Shown here: one piece after another, positions 27,101 to 38,195 of the stretch
Numbering within the stretch: position 1 is the first letter of the stretch
Layout: each line of letters begins with the position of its first letter
Assembly: GCF_020745735.1 (NCBI RefSeq)
Contig: NC_083420.1
Location: forward strand, 46,381,931 to 46,445,930
Direction of reading: 5' to 3'
DNA length: 64,000 nucleotides
Source: Hemiscyllium ocellatum
Taxonomy: Eukaryota
The notes under the pieces: model-generated
What the model saw: only the letters and a program-made list of their open reading frames with translations
Told to the model about the DNA's origin: nothing
Database searches by the model: none
Position numbers and translations under genes: made by a program

Positions 27101-28332
27101 TCTGTTCCTTTTAACCCCATCCTTTAATTCCTTATATATTTAAAAAGTACTTAGTATTGTAAATAAAAGTTAAAACAGAAAATGCTGGAAATACTCAGCA
27201 GGTCAGGGAACATCTGTGAAGAAAGGAACAGTTGTAATTTCAGTTTTGCCTTTCATCTGAACCTACTTATAGATATGAAATATAAAGATGATTTGATTTT
27301 TGCATTGAATTACTATGTGGTTATCACTGCAATGTATATTTCTGTTTTAGATTTGTATTCAGCTGCTTGCATTTTTATTTTATTTCTGGCCTCATCTGTC
27401 ATACATCTAACTCTGGCTTCGATTCTACACTTTTTTTTCTCTCCTTGACTTGTAATATTGCTCACTCTAAATGAGTTGCATTTTCCCCAGGCCCAAAAGC
27501 TCAACAAACCTTGCCAGCTGTCCAACACAGCTGCTAGCCACTGATTGTAGACCTCCCTCATCAATTTCTGAATTCCAGCTGTCCTGACTTTGCTTGGCTG
27601 TCTAATCAAGTGGAAGTTTATGAATAGTGAAAACTCACCTATTTAAAGGGAGAAATAAGTCCCTCATTATCTGTATTAAACAAATACTTGCCTCATAAAA
27701 ATCTGCTTAAGCCAAAAAGAAACTGTCTAATTAAAAAGGATATATTCGTCAGCTTCTAAATGTGACCACATAGCAGTTCCACACTTTAATGTTTAGATGA
27801 GGTGGCCGCGAAGACATGCTATCCTCCCTTCAATTACATTGTCTCCCTGAAACATCTATTCGTAAAGATGTCTCCAAGCCTGTAGGGTTCAAACCCACTT
27901 CTCCTAGTTTCGGGAGCATACCTATAATTGCAAAATAACTGGAATTCCCTGGAGGTATGAAGTTCAGATGTAACTTTTTTTTTGTTTCCAAGACAGAGAT
28001 GGAACATGTTAGATCCTGAAACTTTACCCTGTTGACAACTTTAGTTTGCAAGGCTGTTGTGATTGCAATAATGTTCATTCATCAGAATATGTGACTATAA
28101 TAAATTCATGCAGTTACTGGAAGCATTTGTTTTTAATAATGTTACAATTTGCACTTTCTCGCTTATTAATTTTGCACAATGAGTTGTTTTGAAATGCCAA
28201 GTGTTGTCTCTTTTATAATTATTTATGTAACTGTCCTGGTTTCAGTTTGAAAGTTATATGTCCATTGATTATTGTTGTCTTAAAATGTTGTGCCTTTCAC
28301 TTGTAATCAATCACTCAAACATTGTGTACCTT

Positions 28333-28338
28333 AATAAA
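28333..28338 (+). terminator. Candidate distal poly(A) signal of SMCR8
   Basis: AATAAA at the end of a 7-kb repeat-poor tract, with TGTA/U-rich sequence upstream and GT-rich sequence downstream. Several earlier AATAAA sites also exist. Confidence 0.45.
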
Positions 28339-28415
28339 ACATTTTTGCAGCTTGTCTGTATTGAAGTTTTCCATTTGTGTAATTACCCTCTGGTTGGACA
28401 ACCAATGTATTCACT

Positions 28416-28549
28416 ATGTTTCCTGATGAAGGGCTTGTGCCCGAAACGTCAAATTTCCTGTTCCTTGGATGCTGCCTGACCTGCTGCGCTTTAACCAGCA
28501 ACACATTTTCAGCTCTGATCTCCATCATCTGCAGACCTCACTTTTTACT
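28416..28549 (+). mobile_element. 134-bp solo Penelope family-A terminal unit with minimal hammerhead
   Basis: 13-bp TSD CAATGTATTCACT (28403-28415, 28550-28562). CTGATGA-A-GGGC-TTGT-GCCC-GAAAC-GTC at 28423-28450. Confidence 0.85.
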
Positions 28550-29624
28550 CAATGTATTCACTGTACCCGATTAAGGGAGCAACTGGAGATCTATTGGTAC
28601 AAATTTTAAAAATCTTAGCTACTCCTTCAAAGGAGAGGCCAAACTAGGTGATGGTAATTGCCAGGTCTTCATGTGCCAATAAACAGTCTGATGGTCTTAA
28701 AGCCAAATTAGCACAGTTTTTGGAGTTCAGCAAGACATTTTTGTCAGCCAATATCTATCTTGATCATTTAGACTAACCTATGTGGAGGGGAGCAGATCAA
28801 GAATATCCATGCAAGTTACACATTCTTTTGATGTGGCCAAGGGAAAAGAAACAGTATGAAGCAGGAATAGGTTTTGTTGTAATGAATCATAAGTTGATTT
28901 GTTTTCCCTAGGGTGCTAATGTATTTTGATAGCTGGCCCCTGCTCCAGAGAAGGAACTTTGTAAAGCATAAGCTCTTAATCAATTGAAATACTGTCAATG
29001 ATAGTGACACGGTATCTTGGATGTGCTTGTGCACTGTAATGGCACACAATATATTAAGATGTCACCAAGTAGAGGGCCAAGCAGGATGGTTTATGGAACA
29101 AAAAATGTGTGGCTTTGATTATTAAATTGACCGGCATCTTATTTCTTAATCATTGAACAGACAACACCTTGATTTCATATCTTATGTGAAGAATAGGAAA
29201 GCACCCATCTCGTTGTTTATCAACTAAAAAACCATGGTTGAGGCCAATGCTCCCCAAAGTTACTCCCACTGTGGTCCCACTTAAAGTTTGGAAATTGTCA
29301 CTACCACTCAGTAAGACCTGTAAGAGCATGGTGTAGGGGAGAAAAGGGTATTAGAGTAAAACGTATGGAAGCATGAAGCACAAAGATCCACAGCAATCTC
29401 TGCTATCTTATAAATCTCAGTTTGCAACCCAACATGGGAAGTCCTTTTGGGGTTAAATGTACAACTTTGATTTTCCTCTTTTTTTGCTAGAGTAAAATCC
29501 TCAACATAGTCACTATAATCGTCCAACTAACATTTCAATATAGTCCATAATCATTTTCCAGTTCTCTTTCAATGGTGATAAAATACTGGAGAAACTCAAC
29601 AAATCTTCCAAGACTGCACAGAGG

Positions 29625-29878
29625 GATGATTTGGAGATTCTGGTGTAGGACTGGAGTGTACAAAGTTAAAAATCACACAATACTAGGTTATAGTCCAACA
29701 GATTTATTTGGAAGCATTAGTTTTCAGAGCACTGTTCCTTCATCAGTTGGTTGTGAGATCGTAAGGCACAGGAATTATAGCAAAGGTTTACGGAATGATG
29801 TAACTGAAATCAGGTATTTGAAAAAAACCTGGCTTGTTCAGTCTCTCATCTTTCAGAATGACCACGTTGGTTTCAGTT
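29625..29878 (-). mobile_element. Penelope family-B terminal fragment with decayed hammerhead
   Basis: Shares AAAAATCACACAA..AGGTTATAGTCCAACAG with 8565. Minus-strand CTGATGAAGGAACAGTGCTCTGAAA at about 29720-29746. Confidence 0.75.
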
Positions 29879-30139
29879 GTTAACAATGGGTGCCATGTCG
29901 GCCCAGATAATGCATTGACGGTGTAAAGAGAGAGAAACAGTTACCGTTTCGAGTCCGGTTGACTTTTTTTTCTCTCTTCCAAGAAGTGTGCACACACTAA
30001 CATCAAACTGGATAATGCAGCTTATATGAAAAGTCTCCACTGAACTCCTTAGTTCACAAATACTACCACAATGTCCATTCGAACCGCCGAAATCTTTGTT
30101 CAAAAAGAAGACAAACAGCGACCCGTCGTGGTGTCCTTG

Positions 30140-30360
30140 CCTCTGATTGGATTGTTAATGAAGTCCCGCCACGCGGCGTACGGGCCCGCGCTGGGCATCA
30201 TGGGATTTGTAGTCTCCATGTCCCCTTAGGCTCAGCACCTGCCGCCAGAAAGAAACTACAAATCCCAGCAGGTCGTGTGTGGCAGCCTGGCAGCGAGGAC
30301 GACAAGGAGGAGGGGAGAAGAAGAGAAAAATTCCTTCCCTGGATGCTGGTAAAAATGGCG
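30140..30360. promoter_or_regulatory. TMEM11 CpG-rich promoter: paired ZNF143/THAP11-type motifs, CCAAT and YY1-like start
   Basis: GACTACAAATCCCATGATGCCC (30193-30214, -), AACTACAAATCCCAGCAGGTCG (30254-30275, +), GATTGG at 30145 and AAAATGGCGGC over the start codon. Confidence 0.8.
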
Positions 30361-30401
30361 GCTTGGGGAAGGAGGCGCGGTAACACCGGGATGAGGGAAA
30401 G
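30355..30401 (+). CDS. TMEM11: TMEM11 (mitochondrial transmembrane protein 11), coding exon 1
   Basis: MAAWGRRRGNTGMRER matches the TMEM11 N-terminus MAAWGRRR. Donor AG|GTCAGT (phase 2). Confidence 0.93.
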
Positions 30402-31401
30402 GTCAGTACCCGCGTTCTTGCATTTTTTTTCCCCTTCTGATCGGATGGACGGTGTGAAGGCCTCCACACGGTTTATGACAAGTGTTGCCGTTGGCTTGCA
30501 TCCAACTGATGGCGGCTCGTGTGTTTAAATCGAGCGGAGTGAAGCTTCACATTGGCCGGCCTAACATTCAAGCCAGGTGGGGGCGGTCTCCAAAACTCAC
30601 TGGGCCTGAGTTTCAATGTAAAAACCAATGGTCTCCTAATGAAACGTGGCTGATTGTATCGGTAAATTCCATCGTCCATGTTGGGGGAGGGGAGGGTGCC
30701 ACTGTTTTGACCCCCAACTCTTCTGGAAGCTTCTAAATTTGAATGTGCCTGTGGAGTTTGCAACCATGAAGGGATTTGTTTTTAGGAGTTACGGGGCTGG
30801 TGAAGAAGACTTCAAATTGCCTTTTCCTTGGCGGCCTGAGTCTAGATTGGTCGTGAAGTGACGAGATCCTGCACCGTTTGGTCGTGTGGTTTTTAGGCGG
30901 AGTTCAGTTGCACTTCTGCCCTTGCGGATCTAACAAGTGGAGAGGGAATTAAGTAAATAATTCAGACACCGAGATTTGTAATGTTGCTGACCTCTTTATT
31001 GCCTGGGGGAAATTGAAGAGGAGGAAAATAGACAAATCTGTAAGGTCTGTTTCGGCTTCCGAGGCTGTTGTACAAATAAATCTGAGAGATATGAAGAGGT
31101 GTAGATTCACATAGTGTAACTTCCATTTATATCATGAGTGTAAATTTAGTTTCTTTCTAATTACAAGTGGTTATTCTCAATTTGTACTGGTTCTAAACTC
31201 CATTTTTATAGAAAAGTATTTGTAAAGTGCAGAGCAGAAAATTATTCTGCAAGCTTTGCTGTAGTTAGCAGTTAGTTTGTAGCAATGAGTGGATGCAACA
31301 ACTTCATATTTCAAAATCATAATCTTCAGTTGCTGTCAAAGAAATGTTCAATTAATTTCATTCTTCCCCAAAAATGGGCTAAGTAATGTCAGCAGAAATT
31401 G

Positions 31402-31520
31402 GGTCTGCAGATGCTGGAAATCAGAGTTGAGAGTGTAGTGCTGGAAAAGCACAGCAGGTCAGGCAGCATCTATGGAGCAGAGAATTGATGTTTCAGGCAT
31501 AAGCCCTTCATCAGGAATTC
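31402..31520 (-). mobile_element. Solo Penelope family-A terminal unit with hammerhead core
   Basis: Minus strand reads ATTC-CTGATGA-AGGGCTTATGCCT-GAAAC-ATC. Same extent as the 28416 copy. Confidence 0.8.
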
Positions 31521-34500
31521 TGTTTGGGTCTTTGACATTTCCTCCACTTAAACAAAAAAATACTGACAATCACAATGGATGTAGTGTTAAAATGTTTTGA
31601 TGATTATCACGGTAGAATAGCAGGCTTGGAATGGAGAATATGCCATCTGAAAATCTGTACAACCATAAATTTTCTATTTGGGTTTCTGTGTTATACTCAC
31701 TGGTTTCCTCCTTTTGAGTTTGTGAAGCTGGAGATTTGGAAGGAGCTATTTTAGTGCTTTTATCTCATCATGGGATGATTCCTAAATCAAGTTTTGCTGT
31801 GGACAACTTGAGATAAAACAAATAAATGGTAATGTTGCCATTGAACTTTAGGCCCTCACACCTCTATTGTATGCTGCCCAGTGGCTAATGAAACATGAAC
31901 AGTGATATTAAATTAGTTAAGTCAGCATACCATCTCCTGATGTTTACATACTATGGGTGTAGAATTAACGACAAACAATCAGTATCAGTATTCACTGGTT
32001 CAGACTTTGCAATAACGAACTCATGCATGGTGATGGAATTGCCTCCTGTGGAACTTGTGTCTCTCGCCTATTTTCCACCCAGCTCCCCCACCCAACAAAA
32101 GGAAGCACCACTTACCCAGTTGTACTCTAATCTCCACTTTCTTTTTGTCTGCGTCTTTGACATTTCCTCCACTTAAATGTTAAACCTTAATGCATTTAGC
32201 TGCATTTCTTTGTAATGAAGTTGTCTGTTTTGTTAACTTGTTGTATTTCAACATGTAAGGTCATAAATCTGTAACTTGGCATTCACGTGTATCAGTATTT
32301 TGGCAAGCAGCATGTTTGCAGAGTTGTTTTAGTGTTGATGTTCAATGGCTATGGTTCTGCTTATCTGCACATTACTGTAGTTAAATTTCAACCTTTCATA
32401 GTAAAGTGACTAGTTACTTGATATACCCCTCTATCAGTTGAATGCCAAATTGTTGTCCCAGATGACATGTAACTTCCTGGAAAGTACCAAGCAACACATG
32501 GGCTGAGCATGTAATGATCTTGAAACAGCTGGATGTTGAATTCAGAATTAATATTTTGGCCAACAACCTTATCTTTCAATTTACTTGTAAAATAAAATAT
32601 TCTTTATTTGAAATTTCATTGAAAGGGTTATACAAAGGCATTAAAAAAACAACCTTTTTGAAAAGCTATCATTATTAGATGATGCATTGCATCTCAGTAG
32701 TTTGAACTAATGCTGTAGTTTGAACTGTATTAACTTTTGATTTGTAGACCTCCCTTCAATAGACTTGTACAGCAAAAATGTTTGTCTTTTTAATCCTATA
32801 AACCCAAACAGCTGCTAACCCTAGTCTTTATTGGATATTGAAAATAATCAGTGTATCAGTTGCTACTCTAAAAGTTTTCATGTCCATTTTCATCAATATA
32901 GTTAATGATATACCCTCTATGCATAAACTTGGAAAGACTTGTGAGTTCATGCATAAAATTTCCTGATTTGAACTGAATATTCTTTGAAATTGAGGTTGCA
33001 AAAATTGTTTATATGACACAGTCTGATCTTTGCAGTAATGTTTCCATTTTTATCCAGCATTTGAAGACTTTTGTTTAAAATATGTTGCAACAAGCAGTGG
33101 TTTGAGATTTTATTGTTAACCTCTCTACACTACATACAATTCTTGTTGGTTATCTTGTTTTGTAAGTGCAAGGGTGTCTTTAAGTGTGGCCCAATGTTGG
33201 ATTTCATGGTTAATGTAACTATGTCAGCTCATTTTCCAAGAAATATTTTCCAAATGAGGAAGCTTGATGATTGGCAGAGGTTGACTTTAGAAGTCATGAT
33301 TAAGTGATTTAATTCTTTTTGTGAGGAAGGTGAAGTACTTCCTTGGGGGCCAAAAAAGTAAATATATAAAAATTTGGATGAAAAGCTAAAGAACAAAGGA
33401 GAAAGTAAGACCCAGAATAATGTAAATCTGTATTGTGTGGGTGAGAAATGAGAGGGATAGCAACTTTAAGAAAAGGGTTTTGGAAATATGTAGACTTGAA
33501 CATCTTTGAAGAGCTTGGCAATATTGTGTTTTGGCTGTTGTAATACTACAGGTAATGTTGCCAAATTGAAATTGATGGATTCTATCGATTCTGTAGTGGT
33601 GGTGCAATACAACAGTTATATTGTAAACTGTTCAAATTAGAATTTTAAATTGTATTCAACCTGCAGGAAAAAAATTCTTTTTGATCAGCTGGGTTACAAA
33701 AATTTCTCACTATTTCAAAAGTAAATTCTTGTTTAGAGTTTATCCAGTTTATGGAGAATGTTCACTCCTGCCTTGAAAATGTATCTCACTTAGCAACATG
33801 TAAAGTGTTTCACTGTTGCCAAAAGCTTTTTTTGTGGAGGGCAAAGGGCAGTGACAGAAGCTGATTCTGCTGGAGTTGAACCAGTAAAAATGCGTAATAC
33901 GATATCTATCTTGATAGCACAGAGCATTGGTAAGTTTCTTTTCTTCTATTTGTCCTATTATGGAATTGGCCTAAAGTATTGTCTGGAACAGAGAGAATGT
34001 CAATTCCAAATGACATACCTAATCGTCCACATTCTACACATGGCTAAGTTGGTTTAGTTATGCATTAATGTACTGCAAATCCACCAGATAAGAAAATTAG
34101 AAACCAAAAGGAGGATTGGATAGGATTATGTCTTTGCTAGACGGTATGTCAGAGCTGCTTGTGAATTACTTCATGTGGAGGTGCTGGTGTTGGACTTGGG
34201 TGAACAAAGTCAAAAATCACATGACATTGGGTTATAGTCTAACAGGTTTATTTGAAACCGCAAACTCTTGGAGCTCCTATCCATCCTTGGGCAGCTAGTG
34301 AGAGAGAATCCATTGGACACAGAATTATAAGTAAAATACCAAAGGGTTGTACAACTTATGCAAATGTATTGAACAAATCTCATGGCTCTTAAGTCTTTAA
34401 TCAGTTAGAATGGGAAGTGCAGGTTTGATGGACTACTATGTAAATCTTAGAATTTCTTTCAAGTCACTGTGTCATCCCATTTTCCCCCTCACTCGGAGCA

Positions 34501-35456
34501 AAACACTCAGACTCCGTATAGTTTTGCCTCCTTCATCTTTATTCCAAGACCTGGAGGGAGAGAGAATGACCACCCATGTGCACGGGGATATAAGTTCTCG
34601 GTCTTATCTTGAAAAGCAGTTTCTTGTGGAAATATGTAGACCTTTTTACAGGGAGGAGCATCCAGATAAGGCAACATAGATATTAATTGGGTGATCATTA
34701 CAATCAGTGAGTGTCAGTAGTAAAGATTAAGCTATCTGCTGTTACACAATGAATGTTCTTAATCTTAACTGGCTTCACATAATGAATACTTTTCACGTTG
34801 TTAAACTGACCTTACTGAATGCTTCCAATATTAAATGGCTCTCCATAATGAATGTTTTTCCAACTTGTTAACCATTACCTCGCTCTAGCACTCTGTATAT
34901 TTGCAAACACAATAATATTCTCCCCATAGATATTTATATGTGCGGGTGTATGGATATAAAGAGGGTGGAGAGAGAGTGTATGTACTGAGAGGGAATATGT
35001 TGGAGTGTGAGGGAGTGTATATATGTGTGTATGAGAGAGGATCTGTTTTTGTGCATGTGTAATGTGGCAGGATTACCTGCAGCGTGACATGAACCCAAGA
35101 TCCCAGTTCAGGCTGCCCTCATGAGTACCAAACATGGCTATCAGCCTCTGTTCAGCAATTCTGCGTTGTTGCATGTTCCGAAGTCCACCTTCAAGGACAG
35201 ATCTTCAGGTAATTGTCCTCCAAGGCGAACTTTGGGGCAAGCAACAATGCAGATTTGCTGAAGAGACTGTTAGCCATGTTTGGTACCCATGAAGATGGCG
35301 TCAACTGGAATCTTGCATTCATGTCACTGTACAGGTGACCCAGTTACATTATGTACACTCATACACACGTTCTCTCTCAAACACGCACGCGTGCACGCAC
35401 GCATACTTAATAGATCCTCTGTCCTCCACTCTCTCTCACTCTCTCATGGGCATTTA

Positions 35457-35590
35457 CAGAGGTACCTCGATTATCTGAATGATACAGGTGGGGGGAGTAT
35501 TTTGTTCAGATAATCAAGTGCCAGATAATCGAATGTCGGATAATACCTTTTAGCCAAGCATCGGGACCTTGCGATATTCTGATCAAGGTT
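35457..35590. mobile_element. Tc1/mariner (Tigger-like) MITE, left end
   Basis: TA|CAGAGGTACCTCGATTATCTGAA is approximately the reverse complement of the end at 37282. Confidence 0.6.
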
Positions 35591-36090
35591 CATGTGCACT
35601 CCCTCACACTTGCACGCATGCTGTCTCATATATACACTCCATCACACACTCTCACTCCCTCTCAAGCACGCTCAAGTGTGCTCCTCCACCTTCACACGCA
35701 CGCACTCAAATCTATAGGATCAATTTGTATTTACATTTACGTTCTATTTTGTTAAAAAAACACACAATTATGTAGCCAGTCAGTGTGGCATTTTATAAAT
35801 TCCTACTTTGAAAATAAAACCAGTCTGACTCCAGTTTGAGATGCAAACGGACTTGAAACAAAGCCTCAAACAAATGCATTGTCCAATCTGAGGTGTTAAC
35901 TTCATTCTCAAAACTTCAAGGCTTATCATGGGGGGCAGTGACTTTAAAGAAATACTGGGATTTACCAATTGATCACTCGAAACCTGCACCCCCATTCTAA
36001 CTGATTAAAGACTTAAGAGCCATCTAGCTTTGTTAAATACATCCACATGACTTGTACGAACCTTTGATCTTTGACTTATAAATTCTGTGT

Positions 36091-36128
36091 CTGCCTGACG
36101 AAGGAGCGGGGACTCTGAAAGCTTGTAG
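36091..36128 (+). ncRNA. Minimal type I hammerhead ribozyme motif (PLE family B)
   Basis: CTGC-CTGACGA-A-GGAG-CGGGGA-CTCT-GAAAG-CTT-GTAG. Stem I CTGC/GTAG, with palindromic AAGCTT in place of stem III. Confidence 0.7.
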
Positions 36129-36220
36129 TTTCAAATAAACCTGTTGGACTGTAACCTGGTGTTGTGTATTTTGGCTTTGAGTGTTCCTTGGTGAGCAGCA
36201 TTGCTCATAAAGTGCAGTTA

Positions 36221-36948
36221 GTAAAAAATGAGGTCTGCAGATGCTGGAGATCACAGCTGCAAATGTGTTGCTGGTCAAAGCACAGCAGGTTAGGCAGCAT
36301 CTCAGGAATAGAGAATTCGACGTTTCGAGCATAAGCCCTTCATCAGGAATAAGAGAGAGAGAGCCAAGCCGGCTGAGATAAAAGGTAGGGAGGAGGGACT
36401 AGGGGGTGGGGCGATGGAGGTGGGATAGGTGGAAGGAGGTCAAGGTGAGGGTGATAGGCCGGAGTGGGGTGGGGGCGGAGAGGTCAGGAAGAGGATTGCA
36501 GGTTAGGAGGGCGGTGCTGAGTTGAGGGAACCGACTGAGACAAGGTGGGGGGAGGGGAAATGAGGAAGCTGGAGAAATCTGAATTCATACCTTGTGGTTG
36601 GAGGGTTCCCAGGCGGAAGATGAGGCGCTCCTCCTCCAGCCGTCGTGTAGTTGTGTTCTGCCGGTGGAGGAGTCCAAGGACCTGCATGTCCTCGGTGGAG
36701 TGGGAGGGGGAGTTAAAGTGTTGAGCCACGGGGTGATTGGGTTGGTTGGTTCGGGCGGCCCAGAGGTGTTCTCTGAAGCGTTCCGCAAGTAAGCGGCCTG
36801 TCTCACCAATATAGAGGAGGCCACATCGGGTGCAGCGGATGCAATAGATGATGTGTGTGGAGGTACAGGTGAACTTGTGGCGGATATGGAAGGATCCCTT
36901 GGGGCCTTGGAGGGAAGTGAGTGTGGAGGTGTGGGCGCAAGTTTTACA
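36221..36948 (-). mobile_element. Young Penelope-like element family A (Neptune-type): intact GIY-YIG domain plus terminal repeat
   Basis: Open reading CKTC..FTCTSTHIIYCIRCTRCGLLYIGETGRLLAERFREH..EEERLIFRLGTLQPQGMN. CpGs are retained; the copy is 5'-truncated. Confidence 0.93.
36315..36350 (-). ncRNA. Minimal type I hammerhead ribozyme motif (PLE family A), intact
   Basis: ATTC-CTGATGA-A-GGGC-TTAT-GCTC-GAAAC-GTC-GAAT. Perfect 4-bp stem I, 4-bp stem II, GUC triplet and ACGT palindrome. Confidence 0.85.
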
Positions 36949-36949
36949 T

Positions 36950-37282
36950 TTTACATGGCCACCTTCATTCCTGGTGGTGGGCGGGGGGGTGGGGAATGCG
37001 GCTGGGCAGTGGGATTGGGGGTGGAGTTGGAGGCAGGAGCGGATGAGGTTAGGGGCATGGGCGGAGACAGCTGCGGATGGGTTTGGGGTGGGGTTGGGGT
37101 GGGTGTGGTTGATAGTTGGGGCGGTGGTGGATGGAGTTGGGGGTGGGGTCTCCTGAACAGGGAGCAGACTTTTTAAAAACTCCGAGCCCCAGAGGAAAGG
37201 CATTTAATCAATTACCAGGATAATCGATTATCCGAACGAAATAGTGCCCGCCCATCACGTTCGGATAATTGAGGTTCCCCTG
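36950..37282. mobile_element. Tigger-like MITE, right portion with G-rich interior
   Basis: Ends TTCGGATAATTGAGGTTCCCCTG|TA, with internal GATTATCCGAACG/CGTTCGGATAAT inverted subrepeats. Confidence 0.6.
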
Positions 37283-37284
37283 TA

Positions 37285-38195
37285 GTTAGTAAGTTTGCAG
37301 ATGACACCAAAATTTGAGGTGTCGAGAAACTGCTAACAAGGTGAACTCAAATTACAACGGGATCTTGATCAGATGGGCCAATGGGCTGATGAGTGGCAGA
37401 TGGAGTTTAATTCAGATAATGTTGCATTTTGGGAAAACAAATATTCGCAGGACTTATACACTTAATGGTAAGGTCCTGGTGAGTGTTGCTGAACCAAGAG
37501 ACCTTGGAGTGCAGGTTCATTGCCTCTTGAAAGTGAAATCGCAGGTAGATAAGATAGTGAAGAAGACGTTTGGTATGCTTTACTTTCTTGGTTGGAGTTT
37601 TGAGTACAGGAGTTGGGAGGTCATGTTACGGCTGTACAAGAGATTGGTTAGGCTACTTTTGGAATATTGTCTGCAGTTCTGGTCTCCTTCCTATTGGAAC
37701 AATTTTGTGAAACTTGAAAGGATTCAGAAAAGATTTCCAAGGATGTTGCCAGGGTTGGAGGATCTGAGCTATAGGGAGAGGTTGAACAGGCTAGGGCTGT
37801 TTTCCCTGGAGTGTCGAAGGCCGAGTGTTGACCTTTATAGAGGTTTATAAAATCATGAGGGGCATGGATAGGGTAAATGGACAAGGTCTTTTCCCTGGGA
37901 TGGGGGAAGTCCTGAAGTAGAGGGCATAGGTTTAGGTTGAGAGGGGCAAGATATCAAAGAGACCTAAGGGGCAACATTTTCATGCAGAGGGTGGTGCATA
38001 TGTGGAATGGGCTGCCAGAGGAAGTGGTGGACGCTAGTACAGTTGCAATATTTAAAAGGCATCTGGATGGGTATATGATTTGGAGGGGAATGGGCTGGGT
38101 ACTGGCAGTTGGGACTGGATGGGGTTGGGTTATCTAGTCAGCATAGACGAGTAGGTCCAAAGGGTCTGTTTCCGTGCTGTATGTCTCTGACTCTA
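37285..38195 (+). mobile_element. CR1 LINE (HER1-like) 3' fragment
   Basis: Starts at KFADDTK; LHFGKTN..LEYCLQFWSP..KLERIQKRF; tail GAAGGGTCTGTTTCCGTGCTGTAT. Confidence 0.92.

Larger units (their letters stand above)
34172..36172. mobile_element. Large old fold-back Penelope family-B element with internal insertions
   Basis: Outer arms 34172-34468 (-) and about 35937-36172 (+). The inner arms around 35200 both encode the GIY-YIG C-terminus (RRIAEQRLIAMFGTHEGSLNWDLGFMS / AMFGTHEDGVNWNLAFMS). Confidence 0.75.

Noticed and set aside
36360-37150. G-quadruplex-prone tracts
   Set aside because: They are intrinsic to the transposon sequences, with no evidence of a separate function.
36484-37203. 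239-aa ORF as a novel Pro-rich endonuclease gene
   Set aside because: It is a chance fusion of a G-rich MITE interior with a truncated Penelope GIY-YIG domain.
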